Shown here: one piece after another, positions 45,901 through 53,705 of the stretch | Layout of the letters: each line of letters starts with the position of its first letter | How positions within the stretch are numbered: position 1 is the stretch's first letter | From: Candidatus Coproplasma excrementipullorum | GTDB lineage: Bacteria; Bacillota; Clostridia; Christensenellales; Borkfalkiaceae | Reading direction: 5' to 3' | DNA: 64,000 bases | Assembly: GCA_018714165.1 (NCBI GenBank) | Contig: DVNU01000089.1 | Span: 832 to 64,831, forward strand | Notes under the pieces: model-generated | What the model was told of the DNA's origin: nothing | Database searches by the model: none | The model's input: the letters and a program-made list of their open reading frames with translations, nothing else | Translations under genes and position numbers: made by a program

Positions 45901-45972
45901 TCGGGCAGTCTGTCCGGCGGTATGTGGACATCTGTTGCAATGTCTGATATATTTGCAACACTTAACTATTGA
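36976..45972 (+). CDS. Giant (2998 aa) cell-surface lipoprotein with tandem ~700-aa modules, BspA-type LRR and Listeria-Bacteroides repeats
   Basis: TTG at 36976 and ATG at 36979. Lipobox FTAC. Module 1 (nt ~38550-40650) and module 2 (nt ~40650-42750) align by eye along their length. The C-terminal part has LRR-like strings (IDDSAFAN, VGASAFKDN) and F-x-GW repeats (YVFLGWASD, FYGWYAD). Confidence 0.8.
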   Translation: MMKRIFKTVTAAALLSACTATFAFGFTACGGKSTASEAPSDVGITRLQAPTDGSLPTAHTAQENLAYMAYVLDNQPQYHCYTYTVTQASIATQYTKSYKDYRDGVTISSDITYSSMVKSGSQACFVNGADGQEAYMRYSAAPDAETTNLTAQWETGAPYYFDTQTYLTTYGLFQTEMTNYIINAETITDSSAATDNGDGAYSQSVVLDPVASTYYYQYGMKTRGGLTGFPEFQSVSLTFTFDSSWRVLAIDVDEVSKVNKGVTVTSTSHSRAEYSYDAADFDEAHYAYYDSYFKQYIGSGDLNTGGGSTALDVAGVLSNGFAGIMNGGQQFEVGLTLGEKVYNGYIFLGLDLADPLNSLNLKLSLGSTPEEQSLYVEYANGTANAYYGNDLAITANVAAVKLVVDEFVQWADGLNALFTTGEGQDDGQSSGGISLSDDALSDLMGQFVLTQDEDSASLALQTDDLLGLGVGIDAVLNFSLGEDNAVAFTDATVGGISIGGEQLALELALQTTQAPVISRDPASTPADLSAYAADVFNLLSSDLVTLNLKLDGSSDEVKIDALKGIEADITAYVDIDGITAGALADVSYTYQGYTFSAQIGAYYDGDPASASYGDIIVQITSINGVATDIRTGCAVEELPRAVESLLKLANLNLNGLFSAESDISLNVAVIINSVLTADFSAMLGDLSADSGKIAATVNIDEIISLFADTNISFGTLNLSYTPDYASANGGKLAAALPALGLSLEVQGNDGEIALPEGDYPDFADLVEAVNGAYSAINDIIEGQSVNLVIPAGNNYLRYADMSLAVTGTVSARWGEEGRVAADLNVKFSGAKHSATTNVKLIYNAAAGANSPLVRLSINGAALDIYAADLPAIQSQISTLSSVTPSGAHSLGDEQKLAAIVLELLAGGEWVNLLNNLTLTSDGQSLALQYIDAFTVGASVDVSDGLSLGVEAEYEKFSYTGKINVVRADIYSYVNRQIELSGPASTANGASFTKVIYDYVFDAFNAIDLSDVLGGAYSVNLSLNGNNSAIAQLKGVQVNAALAFAERGEDNVADLSVWLNVGGTEVKFSVTLIGEQFYVSVANISGKDIPHLKLTTTADSLYSLITNLVDYAVEAGLLGGAYSAGADARFNAAITDIIYSLATIDFDEFITTSSAVEAKTMTVDIDGLLSALNINAGFAIGSVTAVLNEDLTFSVSAANAGREWVRLEAGKTDKDYSSFDTTGYIDFSQVTSLPVADILNLLDSDILKLNLSLENTFEGGHAVALSAQSYINVNGIAVAADVTAAYSYNGIELDLALTAYYADDGLYLRITRINGEDCFLGVFCEADDVQSAIEALIAAAQTGFGDSVSGSDLSAMLDGVLTADFPAILSGVYSDGERIKADIDVDALASHLGLSTDLGTLSLEFADGALTAQAREIGLGIALSGAEEMPAFDTSDCLNLSDLVDFVKEAYAQIGGIVKSQSVAFEIKEESPAYITVDGITAALYGNGEISWKNGGQTVALDLKVALSEGDGSDVLDIALVYNGNAADDEPFITFALNNVGVEMRRADVEDINNKLNILVNSISPLLGISRSGNAAILAEAPATAGSADSDDIVYAVLALLADTDWAGLLEKFTLTTDGSSVALSWADDNLVAIAADGSGIEFAYRGALSGEGSSFATGASVVLSQSSGSLADKISSRLSGDDYIIASSQNGQNFIKAVYDNLFEAIRSISVEEILGDNVYNVSFDINGANTNIAELQDIFVHAEMYVKRNTNGGTVTQLDLNFDIKGAVVNGAVIIDNDYAGKNTQFYINLTQVLNITLNGLKVQASQNTLYEAVESLIDIMCNTDMLSGIVSLVPSSASTEVESLALSKESKESLTDIIFNLLNSDITSAFTGATANGVTTASVDLDAVMACLGLNFGSLGTIECKIDHSTHAITTSAVADGMGEKWLSLSSRRLKEAEVTSLNYALKTFDATQYIDIAFLPTLVDDLAASLTDDEGKMYESMTFEGDVSVNLLNLLNINISDLKLTINLSDGFYLALQGQLSGSLVTSRTIGITFHNDYITLYRGDGGGQYRVMTTAYFLDNMFGDGDTLNWLLGVNSLMWSIVKSAVPEVSSGLTTPGSLYLYSREESQEQEEVTVADYVNALCAIIGGEQVLEFTSQSGSIDEMLNTLDVSDNFYAFDLNARLLTDNVLTRLSAAILRGADGGITGIKAVGAIQSYVSFTLNLNYDESYNSSPLASHFAAAEEGFNSATNNGAVTDGDSGIFGCYNSEDGSVDFSYLLTPYTLSVIGLDGDVTQYTVREGSTVYLYDNAYPVYADDSNQFRLVYMLNGEILTSFVVSGDLAADGQITLYEQRRGAVDFTVTNNQPFASSFTYHSFVGDTLPSTFGDFAVVDEFVFESNGEPVAGMVVDAYTPTRIVGTYAPATQTINYVVYTFNTTDHTYHVTGRATGFVQYYIEGNRTLTLENEIDGITVTAIDDSAFANTGTDSDGNVDSTKSIQNVIVPANITYVGASAFKDNVGMQSIVFLAPSVTFGGSGTNSDSTYPFYGCSTYATSDSVNGANGNEQTVLTVYVNGVTNSNDEWKLFRAVNKFLWFRFYIGSDGGSVNTSGWAYADGFTVEGGELLEDITFNGSSLEVYVSENIISGLTDPVTLSANAAQLQTSVQAIIDEYSLGQYGYINAFTVSVQTINDGGACSYCVKIEEGEPRYAVTCLNGDVTLAVSGEGGYFNGTPYYGGDITITAAVIANSSTSKVAAIIVNGVRYEGNTASVTVTGPVQVDVEIAEDASATFVSDVAFTLNGEDCGYDNTVVVEDITAVSDFTPTPADSAYVFLGWASDVSGAMSFTTVSTAGVTYTAIWAVASEGVTYTVQTSGTTLNAPAVSSGAFYGWYADAQFASPLSGELSTENTIYVARRQFTFTYTVSGNLITKINDSKFGSVSGKSSLTNSITVLEKQTVLVEVTGDYTADVKVDGEVITTLTLEKYFFVRYTFKTDSGSLSGGMWTSVAMSDIFATLNY

Positions 45973-45986
45973 TAATCAGATAAATT

Positions 45987-46019
45987 GTGCGCCCGCGCGG
46001 CTCTGCCGCGCGGGCGCAC
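45987..46019 (+). terminator. Terminator of the giant lipoprotein gene
   Basis: 15-bp stem gtgcgcccgcgcggc / gccgcgcgggcgcac, loop tct. Confidence 0.7.
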
Positions 46020-46054
46020 TGCATTATATTCAGCATTAAGGCATACACTAATGT

Positions 46055-46300
46055 ATGGAATTTTTGCGCGAAATTTTGAATTCGGCCGGGGCCGACACGC
46101 TCAATGCGTTTACGGTCGTGCCGGGCTTCGGCGGATACTTCAAGGACGTAAAGGGCGTGGCTGACTTCTCCCCCCAAAAAATAATGCTCATAGTGGGCAA
46201 ACTGGCCGTCACCGTCGTGGGCGAGGGCCTTGCCATAGGCAGGTATTTTTGCGGCGACCTGTTCATATCGGGCGCGATAGCGGGGGTAAGCATTGAATAA
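46055..46300 (+). CDS. yqfC: YabP/YqfC family sporulation protein
   Basis: 81 aa. It lies directly upstream of and overlaps yqfD, as in Bacillus. It has a beta-rich YabP-like pattern. Confidence 0.6.
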   Translation: MEFLREILNSAGADTLNAFTVVPGFGGYFKDVKGVADFSPQKIMLIVGKLAVTVVGEGLAIGRYFCGDLFISGAIAGVSIE

Positions 46301-47186
46301 TCTTGCCCGTATTCGCGTTACCGCCGCGGCAGAAACGGTGATAAAAAAGCTGTCAAAGGCGCAAATTCCCCTCTACGGGCTCAAAAAACAGGGTGCCTAT
46401 ACAACTTTTCTGGTCAAAGACAAAACAGTCAAAAAAGTTTTTGCAATTTTCTCTCATCCGTGTTATAATGTATGCGTAATACAATACGGCGCACTGCGCT
46501 CTCTTTTAAGGCGCGCGGCCGCCAGGGTCGGTCTGCTTGTCGGGGCGCTGGTGTTTGCTGTTGTTGTAACCTGCGCCCAGGCCTTTGTGTTCAAAGTGCA
46601 GGTGGTGGGCAGCGGGGCCTATCTCTCCCCGCAGGTTACAGCCATTTTGTGCGACAGCGGAATTGCCGTCGGCAAACTCTATAAAGATGTCGATAAACCC
46701 CAGACTATAGCAAAGATAATGGCCCTTCCGTCCGTCACCTTCTGCTCGTTTGAAAAGCGCGGCACGGCCGTAATCGTCGACGTCGAGTGCGACGAGGAGG
46801 GCTCCATATCCTCCACCCGTACGCCCCTTGTTTCGCCCGTTTCTGGCGAGGTTGTAAACATAACCGTCATCTGCGGCACTCCCCGCGTTCAGGAGGGGCA
46901 GGCCGTCTCGCGCGGAGACGAGCTCATTTCGCCATTCTATACCGACGGCGAGGGGCAGACTGTGGGCTGTCTGTGCGTTGGGTATGTTGACATTCGCGTG
47001 AGCGCCGTCATCTCCGTTTCCGCCCAAAGCGAGGGAGATGAGGGGCTCAGTTCGGCGCTGGCCGCCGTCAACCTCTACTCGGACGAGGCGCAGATAACCT
47101 CATACTCTGTAAAAACTGTCGCCGAAGGCGTCATATATACGGTAAATTTCACCTACATTCACACAGCAAGCATCAATATGCAATAA
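46293..47186 (+). CDS. yqfD: Sporulation protein YqfD
   Basis: TTG start. Central TM helix. Conserved position between yqfC and phoH. Confidence 0.65.
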   Translation: MNNLARIRVTAAAETVIKKLSKAQIPLYGLKKQGAYTTFLVKDKTVKKVFAIFSHPCYNVCVIQYGALRSLLRRAAARVGLLVGALVFAVVVTCAQAFVFKVQVVGSGAYLSPQVTAILCDSGIAVGKLYKDVDKPQTIAKIMALPSVTFCSFEKRGTAVIVDVECDEEGSISSTRTPLVSPVSGEVVNITVICGTPRVQEGQAVSRGDELISPFYTDGEGQTVGCLCVGYVDIRVSAVISVSAQSEGDEGLSSALAAVNLYSDEAQITSYSVKTVAEGVIYTVNFTYIHTASINMQ

Positions 47187-47201
47187 TACTGCGGAGTTTT
47201 A

Positions 47202-48209
47202 ATGGAGATAACCAAAAGAGTAAACCTGACCGGCGTGGACAGGCTGTCCCGCGTACTCGGAAATTTTGATGAAAACCTCAATACAATAATGCACGAACTG
47301 GGCGTAACCATCCGCGTGGACGGACTGGACGCCGTGATAAGCGGCGGCGACGAGCGCGTGCAACAGGCCGCCGACGTCATCAAAAATCTGGCCGTCCTCT
47401 CCGAGAGCGGCGAAAAGATAGACAAGGGCCGCGTAATCTACTGCATAGAGCTGGCCAAAGAGGGCAAGGCGTCGGATATAACCAAGCTCTCTTCGGGTAC
47501 CGTCTGCATAACCTTCCGCGGCAAGCCCATAAAGTGCAAAACCGTCGGCCAGAAGGTGTATGTCGACGCCATAAAAAACAACACAGTCGTGTTCGGCGTG
47601 GGCCCCGCGGGCACGGGCAAGACGTACCTCGCCGTCTGCCTGGCCGTGCAGGCCATGAAGCAGAAGCAGGTCGACAAAATAATACTCACCCGCCCCGCAG
47701 TGGAGGCGGGCGAAAAATTGGGCTTTCTGCCGGGCGACTTGCAGACAAAGGTAGACCCCTATCTTCGTCCCCTGTACGACGCATTGCAGGAGATGCTGGG
47801 GCTGGAGACATACACAAAACTTATGGAGCGCGGCTCAATAGAGATAGCTCCGCTGGCATATATGCGGGGGCGAACGCTATCCAACGCCTTCATAATTCTG
47901 GATGAGGCGCAGAACACCACCGTCGAGCAGATGAAGATGTTTCTTACCCGTTTGGGCGACGGAAGCAAGATGGTCATAACGGGCGACGTCACCCAGGTCG
48001 ACCTGCCCGAAGGAAAAAAGAGCGGCCTTATACAGTCGACAAAAATCCTGCGCGGAATAGAGGGGATAAGGATTATCAATCTCACGGCAAAGGATGTCGT
48101 GCGCAATCCGCTTGTAATGAACATTGTCCGCGCATACGAGCGCGCGGAGGCCAAAGCCGAAGCAAAAGGTGAAGAAGATGAAAAAAAGACTATCAAAAAA
48201 GACGATTAG
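47202..48209 (+). CDS. phoH: PhoH family ATPase
   Basis: Walker [13 protein letters not shown], Walker B ILDEAQN. Confidence 0.9.
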   Translation: MEITKRVNLTGVDRLSRVLGNFDENLNTIMHELGVTIRVDGLDAVISGGDERVQQAADVIKNLAVLSESGEKIDKGRVIYCIELAKEGKASDITKLSSGTVCITFRGKPIKCKTVGQKVYVDAIKNNTVVFGVGPAGTGKTYLAVCLAVQAMKQKQVDKIILTRPAVEAGEKLGFLPGDLQTKVDPYLRPLYDALQEMLGLETYTKLMERGSIEIAPLAYMRGRTLSNAFIILDEAQNTTVEQMKMFLTRLGDGSKMVITGDVTQVDLPEGKKSGLIQSTKILRGIEGIRIINLTAKDVVRNPLVMNIVRAYERAEAKAEAKGEEDEKKTIKKDD

Positions 48210-49626
48210 CCTGAGTGCGCTGATGTTCGTTCTGAACGTCATCCTCCTGTTTGCAATGATCTTTTTATTGCTGGAGGTAAACGAGGGCTTAAACGTCATC
48301 AACTACATCACTGAAAATTACAACCGCGTGCTTTTCGTCGCCTCGGCCGTGATAATACTTTCGATGCTGATGTACGCCTATTATTACTTCGAGTGCACCG
48401 AAATTCTGCGCGATATGTCCAAGATAATCGAGTGCTTCGTTCTTCTGGATATAGCGCTGCTGCTGTCCTTTATAATAGGTCAGGTCTTTGATACCAACGC
48501 ACGTCCCTTTGCCTTTCTCGCGCTCATGGCGGCAACCCTTCTCGGCCGCCGCGAGGCAGTGTTTTTAAATATAATCTATTCCCTGATACTTTTCATAATA
48601 GACATAAATTTTACCGCGGGCAGCATGTGGGTCAACTGCGCGTGTCTGCTGGTCACCTTCTGCGCGGGCATGACGGCGGTGTTCATCACGCCCGCCATAA
48701 AGACGAGGATCCAGTCCATTTTAATGGTTTTCGTTCTTCTCGTCCCCGCCGAGCTTATCATCGGCGTTATGGAAGTCCTCTTTGCCGAGCAGATGGGTGA
48801 AAATATAATTGCCCTCGCTTACGGCGCCCTCGGCTGCTTCTTCAGCGTTTTGGGCTACATGATAATCCTGCCGATATTCGAGGTGATGTTCTCCGAACTG
48901 ACTGTGTTCCGCCTGCGCGAACTGACGAGCGACGACGCAAAGCTCATAAAAAAGCTCAAGGAGGAGGCGCCCGGCACATACAACCACTCGGTAGTTGTGG
49001 CTCAGCTGGCCCAGGCCTGCGCCACGGCCATCGGCGAGGACGGTGAACTGGCCCGCGCGGCGGCGTATTACCACGATATGGGCAAGCTCAAAAATCCCGA
49101 AATGTTCACCGAAAACCAGTCGGATTACAATATGCACAACGAACTTTCGCCCGAGCTCTCGGCCGATATAATCCGTTCGCACACGCGCGACGGCGCACAG
49201 CTCATCCGCAAGAACCACCTTCCCGAATTTTTTGCCGACTGCGCAATCCAGCACCACGGCACGATGCCCATTAAGTATTTCTACGCCAAGGCGCTCAAGA
49301 TGAGCGACGGCGAAATAAACATCGCCAACTATTCCTATTCGGGCCCCACGCCCCGCTCCAAAATAGCGGCAATCTTAATGATTGTCGACGCGTCGGAGGC
49401 GGCCTCGCGCTCGCTCAAGGACAGGTCGCCCAAGGCAGTTGAGGAGCTGGTCACTTCGCTCATAGAGGAGAGGCTGGACATGGATCAGTTCGCCGATTGC
49501 GACATAACTATGCGCGAACTTACAATAATTTCGCACACCGTGGCAGTCGCCCTTTCGGGTGTATACCACAACAGGATATCCTATCCCAAACTCAAAATCT
49601 CCAAGAGGGACAATCAGGAGGCATAA
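48178..49626 (+). CDS. 7TM-HD (HDIG) phosphohydrolase, PgpH/YqfF-like
   Basis: Seven hydrophobic helices followed by an HD domain ([15 protein letters not shown]). It occupies the yqfF position between phoH and ybeY. Confidence 0.8.
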   Translation: MKKRLSKKTISLSALMFVLNVILLFAMIFLLLEVNEGLNVINYITENYNRVLFVASAVIILSMLMYAYYYFECTEILRDMSKIIECFVLLDIALLLSFIIGQVFDTNARPFAFLALMAATLLGRREAVFLNIIYSLILFIIDINFTAGSMWVNCACLLVTFCAGMTAVFITPAIKTRIQSILMVFVLLVPAELIIGVMEVLFAEQMGENIIALAYGALGCFFSVLGYMIILPIFEVMFSELTVFRLRELTSDDAKLIKKLKEEAPGTYNHSVVVAQLAQACATAIGEDGELARAAAYYHDMGKLKNPEMFTENQSDYNMHNELSPELSADIIRSHTRDGAQLIRKNHLPEFFADCAIQHHGTMPIKYFYAKALKMSDGEINIANYSYSGPTPRSKIAAILMIVDASEAASRSLKDRSPKAVEELVTSLIEERLDMDQFADCDITMRELTIISHTVAVALSGVYHNRISYPKLKISKRDNQEA

Positions 49627-49674
49627 GGCGTCACATATATTGCCGTTGCCGCGCTTAAAGACAGACTTGCTATT

Positions 49675-50148
49675 ATGAACGATTTGAAAATTTACTGCGA
49701 AGACTACGATTTTTCAGACCTCGCCGCCGCTTTCGGCGGCGAGGTCGCAAGCGATTGCACCCTGTCGGCCGAGATTGTCTTCACCGACGAGGAGGGCATA
49801 AGGGAGCTAAACGCGCGCACGCGTTCGGTCGACGCCGTCACCGACGTGCTCTCCTATCCGTCCTTTGAAAATGACCCTCAGCGCGCCATATGCGCGGCCG
49901 CACACCCCTATGACGTAGACGAGGACGGCAACCTGTTTATAGGCTCAATCGTCATCTGCCGCAAGCGTGCGGAGGAGCAGGCTCAGGAGTTCGGCCACTC
50001 TGTGGAGAGGGAGATAAACTACCTCGCCGCGCACGGCCTGTGCCACCTTTTGGGCTACGACCACATGGAAGAGAACGAAAAGGCCGTCATGCGCGCCGCA
50101 GAGGAGCGCGTGCTCAAAAAACTCAATCTTTCGAGGGATGATATATGA
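49675..50148 (+). CDS. ybeY: rRNA maturation endoribonuclease YbeY
   Basis: Zinc motif HGLCHLLGYDH. Confidence 0.9.
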   Translation: MNDLKIYCEDYDFSDLAAAFGGEVASDCTLSAEIVFTDEEGIRELNARTRSVDAVTDVLSYPSFENDPQRAICAAAHPYDVDEDGNLFIGSIVICRKRAEEQAQEFGHSVEREINYLAAHGLCHLLGYDHMEENEKAVMRAAEERVLKKLNLSRDDI

Positions 50149-51038
50149 ACAGCGGATATGTAGGCGTAATAGGCCGTGCCAATGCGGGCAAATCTACGCT
50201 CGTCAACGTACTCGTCGGCGAAAAGGTGGCCATAGTCTCACCCAAGCCCCAGACCACGCGCAACGCAATAATGGGCGTTCTGACCAAGCCCGAATATCAG
50301 ATAGTCTTTGTAGACACTCCCGGCCTGTATAAGGCGGGCAACGCGCTGTCTCAATCGATGATGAAAACCACCCAGACGACCGCGCGCGACGTCGATCTCA
50401 TTTTATTCGTGCACGACGGCCACGGCGGCGTCAGCGATGAGGATATAGAGCTCATAAAACGCTATTCGTCGGGGGATATTCCCGTACTTATCGCATATAC
50501 AAAGATAGACATAATGCCCAAGGAGCGCATACCCGAAGATATAAAAAAGCTGTTCGAGGCCGGCATCGAGTGTGATGTCTACCCCGTCTCGGCGCGCAAG
50601 GGCACCAATATAAGAAAGCTTGAAGAGGCCATCGCAAAGATGTTGCCCGAAGGCGAAAGGGTCATCTCAGAGGATATCGTCTCGGATAAGAGCGCCAAAT
50701 TTATGGTCGCCGAAATCATGCGCGAAAAAATTCTCCTGAAGTACGACAAGGAGATTCCGCACGGCGTGGCCATAGTTGTCAACACATTTGAAAAGGGCGA
50801 AAACGGCGTGTACGACATCAACCTCGACATTGTCTGCGAAAAGTCCAACCACAAGGCCATTTTGATCGGCAAGCAGGGCAAGGCGCTTAAAGAGGTCTCC
50901 TCGTTCGCCCGTAAGGATATGGAAAAATTTCTGGGCGCCAAGGTCTTTCTCACTACCTATGTCAAGGTCAAGGAGGACTGGCGCGACCGCCCCGCGCTTA
51001 TGCGCGACTACGGCTACGATTACAAAAAAAATTCATAA
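50145..51038 (+). CDS. era: GTPase Era
   Basis: G1 GRANAGKST, G3 DTPG, G4 TKID, and a C-terminal KH domain. Confidence 0.9.
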   Translation: MNSGYVGVIGRANAGKSTLVNVLVGEKVAIVSPKPQTTRNAIMGVLTKPEYQIVFVDTPGLYKAGNALSQSMMKTTQTTARDVDLILFVHDGHGGVSDEDIELIKRYSSGDIPVLIAYTKIDIMPKERIPEDIKKLFEAGIECDVYPVSARKGTNIRKLEEAIAKMLPEGERVISEDIVSDKSAKFMVAEIMREKILLKYDKEIPHGVAIVVNTFEKGENGVYDINLDIVCEKSNHKAILIGKQGKALKEVSSFARKDMEKFLGAKVFLTTYVKVKEDWRDRPALMRDYGYDYKKNS

Positions 51039-51080
51039 AACGCCCCCGTCTTGCGCAAACTGTCCTTAAAGGGGGTGCGC

Positions 51081-51185
51081 ATGAAAAAGGACGACGACGC
51101 GGCCGAGCTCGCCTGGAAGATGTTCAAAAAGACGGGCTCGATAAGCTACTATATGTTGTACAGACATCTTATCGGCAAATCCTGA
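51081..51185 (+). CDS. yqzL: YqzL-like small protein, 34 aa, below the ORF-track cutoff
   Basis: MKKDDDAAELAWKMFKKTGSISYYMLYRHLIGKS. RBS aaaggggg. It lies between era and recO, exactly where yqzL lies in Bacillus subtilis. Confidence 0.6.
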   Translation: MKKDDDAAELAWKMFKKTGSISYYMLYRHLIGKS

Positions 51186-51251
51186 AAGGGCCATAGCTTT
51201 TGGGCGCGGGCTCTTAAGCGGTGAGATGCCTTAAAGGAAAAATCTACTTAA

Positions 51252-51977
51252 ATGGAAGGCATCAAGGTAAACGCGGTAATGCTCCGCGCAACCGACTACG
51301 GAGAAAACGACAAAATTTTAACGCTCCTCACGGCCGAACTCGGCAAGATTTCGGCGGGGATCAAGGGCGTAAAAAAGGCGGGGGCAAAGCTTAAATTTGC
51401 CGCCCAGCCTTTTTGCTTTGCCGAATACGTCCTCTCCAGGCGCGGCGAGCGGTACACCGTCACCCAGGCCTCCGAAACAGAGAGCTTTTACGACCTGCGC
51501 ACGGATATAAACAAGTTTTACGCCGCTTCGGCCGTGTGCGAGGCGGCCGACCGACTGTCCTACGGCGGGGCGGAGGACGGCGCCTCAATGTTCGGGCTGT
51601 GCGTGCGCGCACTGTCGGACATCTGCAACGGAGAGGAGAGCCAGGCGCTAATAAAGTTTCTTTTGTCCGCGCTGTCCTCTTCGGGCTATACGGTGGGTCT
51701 TGAAAACTGCTCGGAGTGCGGCGCGCCCTTAACCTCGGCCGACAAAATGCGCTTTGACATGAACACGGGCGCCTTCACCTGCTGGGACTGCGGCACGGGC
51801 GCAGGCACCAGCGGGGTTACATACAACGTGCTTCGCAAGTGCGCGGGCAAGAGCTATTCTGCTCAGTTTATCACCGCCGACGGCGAAAAGCGCGCCCTGC
51901 GCCTGTTGCGGGAATTTTTGACCTTCAAGACCGATGCACACTGTAATAGTCTCACGGAATATATAAGACTGCTTTAA
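51252..51977 (+). CDS. recO: DNA repair protein RecO
   Basis: OB-fold N-terminus and zinc-finger CSECG...CWDCG. Synteny after era. Confidence 0.85.
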   Translation: MEGIKVNAVMLRATDYGENDKILTLLTAELGKISAGIKGVKKAGAKLKFAAQPFCFAEYVLSRRGERYTVTQASETESFYDLRTDINKFYAASAVCEAADRLSYGGAEDGASMFGLCVRALSDICNGEESQALIKFLLSALSSSGYTVGLENCSECGAPLTSADKMRFDMNTGAFTCWDCGTGAGTSGVTYNVLRKCAGKSYSAQFITADGEKRALRLLREFLTFKTDAHCNSLTEYIRLL

Positions 51978-52004
51978 CAAATCCGTGCTCAAGTTGTGTA
52001 AAAA

Positions 52005-52051
52005 GGGGTGGGGGCCGCGCAATAAATTTTGCGCGGCCCCGCCCCTTTTTA
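52005..52051 (+). terminator. recO terminator
   Basis: Arms ggggtgggggccgcgc / gcgcggccccgcccc with one mismatch, followed by T5. Confidence 0.75.
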
Positions 52052-52124
52052 TTGCAATATCTTAATGCCGCGCGGCCTAAGCTGGCAGGGCGCGGCTAAA
52101 GCGCAATTACTACCTGCAAAATTA

Positions 52125-52153
52125 TTGCAAACATCGCCGCGTTGTGGTAAAAT
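52125..52153 (+). promoter_or_regulatory. Sigma-A promoter upstream of alr
   Basis: TTGCAA, 17-nt spacer ending in TGTGG, TAAAAT. Confidence 0.55.
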
Positions 52154-52198
52154 AAAATATGGATAACTAAATTTGCACCGTCGGCATACAATGGCAGT

Positions 52199-53176
52199 AT
52201 GCAAAAAACTATAGCTAAGATAAATCTTTCGGCAATTTCCGGCAACGCAGCGTACCTTAAAAGCAGGGCGCAAGGCGGCAAATTTTATGCCGTAGTCAAG
52301 GCCGATGCCTACGGCCACGGTGCAATCGCCGTCGCGCGCGAACTTGCGTCCATAGCCGACTGTTTTTGCGTTGCCATTGTCGACGAAGGCGTTGAACTTC
52401 GCGCCGCGGGCATTTCAACGCCCATACTCGTCCTCACTCCCCCTATGGACAGGGATGACGTCACGCGTTCGGCCGCGTACAACCTCATCTGTACCGTCTC
52501 GGATGTCTCCACCGCCCGCCTCTGCCGCGGGCTGGAAGTTCACATAAAGATAAACACGGGCATGAACCGCTACGGCACCACGCCCGAAGGCCTGGGGGCA
52601 GTTATTTCCGAGCTCGGCCAAAGCTATGTTACAGGCGTTTATTCGCACATATATGCGCCCCAATCGCGCCAAAACACGCTCAGCCAGCTCGAAGTCTTTA
52701 AGAGCTGCGTCAAAGTTGTAAAGGCCGCATATCCCGCGGCCGTAGCCCACTTTGCGGCAACTGCTGGCACGCTTATGGGCGGCGAACTGCTCTTCGACGG
52801 CGTCCGTTGCGGCATAGGGCTGTACGGCTACGCGCCTTCGGGCTTTTCGGATGCCAATTTAACTCCCGCGCTCAGCGTCTGGGCGCGCAGGGTGCAGACC
52901 TTTTCGCCCCCTTTCGGCGGCGGGGTCGGCTATGCCCAGGCGGATAAAAAATATACTTCGCTCTCCTCATACCGGGCGGGCTATGCCGACGGATTCGCCC
53001 GCACATATGCCTTGGGCGAGGGCAATCTGTGTATGGACTCCTTCATCTCGCAGAGCACGGATGACGAGGTGTGCATATTTTCAGACGCCGACAAATATGC
53101 CCGAAAGCTGGGCACAATCTCTTACGAGGCGCTGTGCGCCGTCACAAAAAGGAGCCTGCGCGTCTATGAAAGATGA
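52199..53176 (+). CDS. alr: Alanine racemase (short form)
   Basis: PLP-lysine motif VVKADAYGHG and the C-terminal GYADGF region. It is only 325 aa. Confidence 0.75.
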   Translation: MQKTIAKINLSAISGNAAYLKSRAQGGKFYAVVKADAYGHGAIAVARELASIADCFCVAIVDEGVELRAAGISTPILVLTPPMDRDDVTRSAAYNLICTVSDVSTARLCRGLEVHIKINTGMNRYGTTPEGLGAVISELGQSYVTGVYSHIYAPQSRQNTLSQLEVFKSCVKVVKAAYPAAVAHFAATAGTLMGGELLFDGVRCGIGLYGYAPSGFSDANLTPALSVWARRVQTFSPPFGGGVGYAQADKKYTSLSSYRAGYADGFARTYALGEGNLCMDSFISQSTDDEVCIFSDADKYARKLGTISYEALCAVTKRSLRVYER

Positions 53177-53705
53177 GCTTCGCTACAAGTACAGAATAAA
53201 GCGCAAATACTTTCAGCACTCCCGCCGCGAGGTGGCCGACGGCGCCATCTGCGACAATGTTCTGGCGCTCTTCGGCGGAATGGACTGCTTTTTTATTTAC
53301 AACTCCTTCGGCGCCGAAACTGATACAAAAAATATAATTGCCTCGCTCATATCCCGCGGCAAACGCGTTCTTCTGCCGCGGGTGGAGGGGGACGAAATGG
53401 TGCCCGTCGAGTACCGTGAAGGCGACGAACTTACAAAGAGTGCCTTTGGCGTATACGAGCCGCAGGGACAGGCCTACGCGGGCAAAATAGATGTTGTAAT
53501 AGTGCCCCTGCTTGCGGTCAACAGTCGCGGCTACCGCTTGGGCTACGGCGGGGGATACTACGACAGATTTTTAAAGGGCGCCGCTGCCGTAAAGGTGGGC
53601 ATAGCCTACGATTTTCAGCTGACAGACGAATTTGAAGAGGACGGGTGGGACGAGCCTTTAGACCTCTTAATAACCGAAAGGGGGATTTACCGCTTTGCAA
53701 ACTGA
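53166..53705 (+). CDS. 5-formyltetrahydrofolate cyclo-ligase
   Basis: The start is at MKDELRYKY, overlapping the alr stop. Motif GYRLGYGGGYYDRFL. Confidence 0.8.
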   Translation: MKDELRYKYRIKRKYFQHSRREVADGAICDNVLALFGGMDCFFIYNSFGAETDTKNIIASLISRGKRVLLPRVEGDEMVPVEYREGDELTKSAFGVYEPQGQAYAGKIDVVIVPLLAVNSRGYRLGYGGGYYDRFLKGAAAVKVGIAYDFQLTDEFEEDGWDEPLDLLITERGIYRFAN

